A stretch of 64,000 nucleotides of DNA, from the UHGV virus genome UHGV-1373362; one strand, 5' to 3'. The notes beneath the pieces were generated by a model. That model did no database searches, was not told where the DNA came from, and saw nothing but the letters and a program-made list of their open reading frames with translations. Source of the DNA: a virus. Shown in pieces: positions 61,101-64,000 of this stretch. Position numbers and translations under genes: made by a program. How positions within the stretch are numbered: position 1 is the stretch's first letter; the number at the start of each line of letters is the position of its first letter.

Positions 61101-61855
61101 TGCTTAGCATTAGGCAAGTAATCCCCATACTCTGTTGGTTCTGGTGAATCTGATAATACTATATCTTTGTTAGCTGCTTGTTGTTCATTATCCTCCTCTT
61201 CAGATGTTCCGTAATCGGGTTCTAATTGTTCATGTCCATCGTAGGCATAGAATTGGTTATTAGTGAAATCACCTGAATCAATTTGATTGTTAAATGCAAA
61301 TTCTAAGCGATTTACCTTTTCTTGCAGTACATGAATTATTTGTAATAGTTCCTGTATTACGGTACTACTAGTTAGATGCTCTTTGTTTTCTGATGTGTCA
61401 ATCCAAATACCTCCTTTGTCTTCTGGGGGAGTGTCCTGTATGTAAATTTTGGAGAATGAATCCCAGGTAAATCCGTTGTAGAATCTTAACTCATTAAGTT
61501 CGTTTACAAACACTATTTGTCCCTTAATTCTTAAAGACTCATTATCCAGCAATTCTTGTAGAGTTTCAACAACTACTAAGGACATTCCTCCGCCACCTTC
61601 TCCCCCTCCACCACCTTGAACCTTCCATACATTCCAAACTCCGTTATAGAATTGATACATATGATTTTCATCAGGAGAGTTCTTTACATAACATAGCATT
61701 CCTTCCTTTAATTTATTAGTGCTAAGGAATGCTTCCATTTCACTCACATTGGTAACTTGAATGTAGCCACCTCTAAGATCATTAACATCAGCTAACGCAA
61801 AATTTGAATTATTCTTAGGTCTTAGTTGGCCAATTACTTCTATATATTCGTTCAT
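58196..61855 (-). CDS. giant 1219-aa tail protein with a C-terminal-half calcineurin-like metallophosphoesterase domain
   Basis: Phosphoesterase motifs in order: FLQVSDQQG, NTGDQTQNGNRF (GDxxxxGN), FTVGNNDL (GNH[DE]-like), AFCHEAP, CGHKHT (GHxH). Domain at about nt 58750-59505. N-terminal GGGGGEGGGG linker. Stop overlaps the next gene's start (ATGA). Confidence 0.7.
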   Translation of the reverse strand: MNEYIEVIGQLRPKNNSNFALADVNDLRGGYIQVTNVSEMEAFLSTNKLKEGMLCYVKNSPDENHMYQFYNGVWNVWKVQGGGGGEGGGGMSLVVVETLQELLDNESLRIKGQIVFVNELNELRFYNGFTWDSFSKIYIQDTPPEDKGGIWIDTSENKEHLTSSTVIQELLQIIHVLQEKVNRLEFAFNNQIDSGDFTNNQFYAYDGHEQLEPDYGTSEEEDNEQQAANKDIVLSDSPEPTEYGDYLPNAKHICIKSGTYEEMQKNKADFMPKELLWCYDIQALYIKDPKTSKLIKIGSTGGGEDPGPGPDPEIVEGILTEVIGSGSSAKTKIIGIEFADMANKENTFLIQVKDGKLDIHDYRLDKNTLAGNAQTTGTGIYYTTPYFPIIPEEVGSKDSPKIYVNMVYCGGEAGSKDYNPVSHNFVELCNLGKKDLNLKGLFLHYTERNSGDWVTLPLTGILKSQGTFLIKGAQCSVENINTTLIKVGEPDMYWTKNATLNNTRLEIAGDEGAGIQPHSIWSSDELIKFSYDCAFYISSEETTGYFESNILTTTAPWTSNGVIKWYVDLVGIGNYNDKSMPCESSPIANRGANVLLMRYYNMDPVKQATKALSARNNNKDWTYINLDRINSAIRIEDYTPKNSSQNKTIFFNKDLLTEGVPNIVTCTFGHDAHKTRCFNWISAGYYDEFIRMRKQGTSDWTTYESFKKGDGRTSDKNWNNPIYDRIRSITTDGTPFTVHKFIKDFTEPSDTEVWEYQVGREGNWTDIKKFTLRNRDKVIESGFNFLQVSDQQGFNGEEYEMWRICAEYINSDKTENPYHFCMNTGDQTQNGNRFNEWIDYYKGGEAIYKDTEQMFTVGNNDLCPVDVYVLGDGEDISKTNPVNVEFFFTFEHPYTVPISSAGVYIPCCYSFVYGNTYFLSVNSEITELARTEIFGDVTGINVYNDIKDWCTNDLAKHAGDSKISWKVAFCHEAPFTIITADLIMSYLKKNEAGSYDKDLNVKRGGSHLNTVGNYWFSQWMQDNNFKLCLCGHKHTYANSRYIRDNPDRTMEPIVYDPSLSPTWYTSLPDRERQCVQISADASQNYIRYVMCQATGYKLTSNKELPAKNIPWLLEYYPVSSQIENNTTNTATVKVNSAQQYPNYIIWNVGKGNEVENPEMTSSGTRERILGKSYKLQLKSDSKVWAYKYNVPIAYTDLKKVGGNGSTNPNNNIVIEKTLQ

Positions 61856-61858
61856 GCT

Positions 61859-61894
61859 GATAAAAATAAAGGGCTATGTTATTCACACAGCCCT
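61859..61894 (-). terminator. hairpin plus U-tract (minus strand) immediately before the 1219-aa gene start
   Basis: agggct-13 nt-agccct stem. The minus strand continues tttatttttatcagcATG. Confidence 0.5.
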
Positions 61895-61905
61895 CGTTTA
61901 CTATA

Positions 61906-62358
61906 TTATGCTACGAATAAGCTATATAGAACCTCTAAGAAGTCAGGAGCACTAAGCTTTACTCCGTTGATCTCCACGTCATTACCTGCATTGACTTCTA
62001 CGATTTCGTTGAATTCATCCTCAGTAAACGTTGCTTCAACTGATACTTCCTCTTTACCCCTCTTATCCACGTAAGCATTGTACTCACTATTGATTTTATC
62101 GTTCCAAGTGCTAATTTGATCCTCATCTTCTTTAGTCTTGGATTCCTTCTGTAATAGATCAGAGTAACCTTCAGGAGTAAGTCCTTTTAAAAGTTCTTGT
62201 AAATCAGTCTCAAATTGCTTACGGATCTTACCCATTTCAATACGAATACTCATAATCTTAACCTTTAAGTCTTTACTTAGTTCACTATTACCATTGCTAA
62301 GTAAAATCTTAACAATAAAATTGTGCTTAGCCATTAATTCATTAAGTGTCATTGTCAT
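61906..62358 (-). CDS. hypothetical 150-aa acidic protein
   Basis: ATG ORF. Confidence 0.5.
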   Translation of the reverse strand: MTMTLNELMAKHNFIVKILLSNGNSELSKDLKVKIMSIRIEMGKIRKQFETDLQELLKGLTPEGYSDLLQKESKTKEDEDQISTWNDKINSEYNAYVDKRGKEEVSVEATFTEDEFNEIVEVNAGNDVEINGVKLSAPDFLEVLYSLFVA

Positions 62359-62366
62359 TTATCAAT

Positions 62367-62654
62367 TTAAATTTCTGTTGTTTCAATCTCACCTAAAGTA
62401 GCATCAAACAGGTTACTAGCTGTTTCAAATAAATCTGATGGTATCTCTCCAATTGATTTACTTACTCTTCCGTCAGATGTTTCTGAGTAATTAAAATTAC
62501 CAATATACTCAACTGGATCTACCCTGTAAAATGATCCACTAAATCCAGAAATCTTTTTCAATTGTGATGATACTAATTCACCCTCTAGCTTAATTGTAGA
62601 TGTACTATTACTTACAGTACATAAACTTCTTTTGTTAGTAATTTCTATTGCCAT
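62367..62654 (-). CDS. hypothetical 95-aa protein
   Basis: ATG ORF, 17 nt downstream of the conserved TAACTTTG motif. Confidence 0.5.
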   Translation of the reverse strand: MAIEITNKRSLCTVSNSTSTIKLEGELVSSQLKKISGFSGSFYRVDPVEYIGNFNYSETSDGRVSKSIGEIPSDLFETASNLFDATLGEIETTEI

Positions 62655-62670
62655 AAATATTTATTTTGAA

Positions 62671-62710
62671 GCAAAGTTAAATAATAATATCTTGTAATCC
62701 AAGTCAATTA
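62671..62710 (-). promoter_or_regulatory. second copy of the conserved TTATTTAACTTTGC promoter-like motif (-7 TAACTTTG)
   Basis: The plus strand reads gcaaagttaaataa at 62671-62684, identical to 43622-43635. It lies between the tail-fibre stop and the 95-aa gene. Confidence 0.4.
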
Positions 62711-62729
62711 TATTAAAATTTCTTATCCC

Positions 62730-64000
62730 CTATTGAGAATGATAAGAATTCACTATCCTAGACAGATCTCTGACTTTTCTAGTGAGTTTAGCTATCCTAA
62801 GTTCTAATTTGTTTAGTTTTTTAGTTCTAGCCTCAATCAGGTTACGAAGTTCTTTGTATCCATTTATTGCCACCACAGCTCCCAACGCACCGTAGTCTAC
62901 AGTATAGTAGTGCTGGCAATATTTGTTCTCTAGGCATTGATTTAATTCTGTTAACTCTGGAAATGCATAACGAACTTCGTTGGCACTAACCCCTAGCCTT
63001 ACACCATTTTCTTCTTCACCTTTTTTAGTGTAATAGAAGGGAGTTATATGTTTTAGTTTTTCCCACATATTACATGATAAAGAAGAGATCCTATTTTTCA
63101 ATCTAATATCAGATGTAACCTGAGATCCCCCAGCATATAGAGATGCAGCATAGAATCTATTATTAGTCTCTACACAAGCAACACTCCTACTAGTACTATA
63201 TCCTAACCATAGTCTACCAGTACCTCTTTTAATGTCTCCAGCTATTTGAATAGCCCCATTAGCGGCCTGCCAGTTAGTATTAATTGCAAAGCCCCCGTTA
63301 TTACTTGTGGTTGTAGAAAACGTCATTTTAGTATAGTTACTGCCTCCAAACCTTCTAGCTATTTCAAAACTTGCAGAAGAGACCCTATCATCCTTTACTC
63401 CTGTACAGTTAGAGATCCCACCATCCATACTAATAGTAGTAACTCCAGTCAAGGCCCCAGAAACATTACCAGTCCCATTAAAACTTTGGCCCCATATGGA
63501 TCTAGAAGTGGTTAAACCTGCTGCCCTATATGCATATAGGCTACCAATTGTTCTATTCTGTCCAGCAACAGTAATACTAAGGTTGGTAGATGAATTAGAG
63601 GATAATGCAGAAAATACTGAGCTGGCTGTGCATTGTGTGATAGTTCCACCATTCATGTATACAGGAACGGTTGAAGAGCCTACAGTAGATGAACATGCAG
63701 TTGGGGTTCCGCTATTTAAATAGATAGGTTTACTAGTTCCACCTATAGTGGATGTTCCTATTTTAGAAGCAGATGCTACAGTAACATCTAGTTTCTGGCG
63801 ACTTTGTAAAGATGTATTTACACCATTAACCACAGTTGGTGCTGATTTTAGTGAGAATGTTCTATTAGCTGAGTCAGTAAATGCAGATGTATGTACAGTA
63901 GCAGATAGGTTAAGTCCTCCGTTAGAAAATATTCGATAAACAGCACTACCACCTCTTAGCCAAACTACTAAACCTTGTGTAGATGTATCTAAGCCATTAA
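62730..64000 (-). CDS. tail-fibre/tail-spike protein with a C-terminal intramolecular chaperone (Peptidase_S74 'chaperone of endosialidase'-type) domain; 5'-partial, N-terminus lies beyond the window
   Basis: The C-terminus SDIRLKNRISSL...ITPFYYTKKGEEENGVRLGVSANEVRYAFPELTE...YYTVDYGALGAVVAINGYKELRNLIEARTKKLNKLELRIAKL matches the S74 chaperone consensus (RLKeNI..l....l..l.pv.Y.wk....iGfIAQEV..v.PElV....y.sVdY..L...li.aikEL..ki..LE.ri..L). The ORF-track start at 63833 is GTG. The frame stays open upstream to nt 64000, giving ...NGLDTSTQGLVVWLRGGSAVYRIFSNGGLNLSATVH.... Confidence 0.65.
   Translation of the reverse strand, partial: NGLDTSTQGLVVWLRGGSAVYRIFSNGGLNLSATVHTSAFTDSANRTFSLKSAPTVVNGVNTSLQSRQKLDVTVASASKIGTSTIGGTSKPIYLNSGTPTACSSTVGSSTVPVYMNGGTITQCTASSVFSALSSNSSTNLSITVAGQNRTIGSLYAYRAAGLTTSRSIWGQSFNGTGNVSGALTGVTTISMDGGISNCTGVKDDRVSSASFEIARRFGGSNYTKMTFSTTTSNNGGFAINTNWQAANGAIQIAGDIKRGTGRLWLGYSTSRSVACVETNNRFYAASLYAGGSQVTSDIRLKNRISSLSCNMWEKLKHITPFYYTKKGEEENGVRLGVSANEVRYAFPELTELNQCLENKYCQHYYTVDYGALGAVVAINGYKELRNLIEARTKKLNKLELRIAKLTRKVRDLSRIVNSYHSQ

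Noticed and set aside
1-64000. CRISPR array, tRNA genes, integrase/att sites, or a host/prophage junction
   Set aside because: No direct-repeat or spacer periodicity was noticed, and no tRNA-like intergenic segments of 70 nt or more with conserved loops. Gene content is phage on both strands throughout. Nothing was seen that indicates these.

Overview
The whole window is phage DNA: AT-rich, densely coding, with no host genes, tRNAs or CRISPR array seen. It splits into two convergent gene blocks that meet at 26.04-26.10 kb.

The plus-strand block (3..26041) is a tightly packed, translationally coupled operon. It carries a 2681-aa protein with a complete embedded SF1 helicase core, then a 3136-aa protein carrying the DFDID two-barrel catalytic motif of the virion-packaged RNA polymerase of crAss-like phages (e.g. 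Cellulophaga phage phi14:2 gp66). After these come a 360-aa HExxH protein, a 1572-aa protein with a lambda-exo/YqaJ-like PD-(D/E)xK motif, and a T4 gene-1-like dNMP kinase. A hairpin plus T-run terminator closes the block.

The minus-strand block (26094..64000) is a virion/structural module. It has a 5'-partial tail-fibre gene with a C-terminal S74-type intramolecular chaperone, and a 1219-aa tail protein with a calcineurin-like metallophosphoesterase domain. This is ATGA-coupled to a 2584-aa protein full of classical LRRs and BspA-type LRR_5 repeats. It also holds several giant structural ORFs (1159, 1055 and 1566 aa), an Amidase_3 endolysin, an acidic coiled-coil scaffold-like gene followed by a putative major capsid gene and a hairpin, four small Cys-motif genes of unknown function, and a DUF192 protein.

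Intergenic signals: two copies of a conserved TTATTTAACTTTGC motif and one TAAATTTG motif match the Bacteroidota sigma-A -7 consensus TAnnTTTG, there are three rho-independent terminators, and there is a 12-bp inverted repeat plus a 14-bp palindrome next to a candidate promoter. The working classification is a crAss-like (Crassvirales-type) phage of a Bacteroidota host. Gene order and the convergent arrangement differ from the textbook crAssphage layout.

Several ORF-track starts are TTG/GTG; these have been moved to adjacent ATGs.
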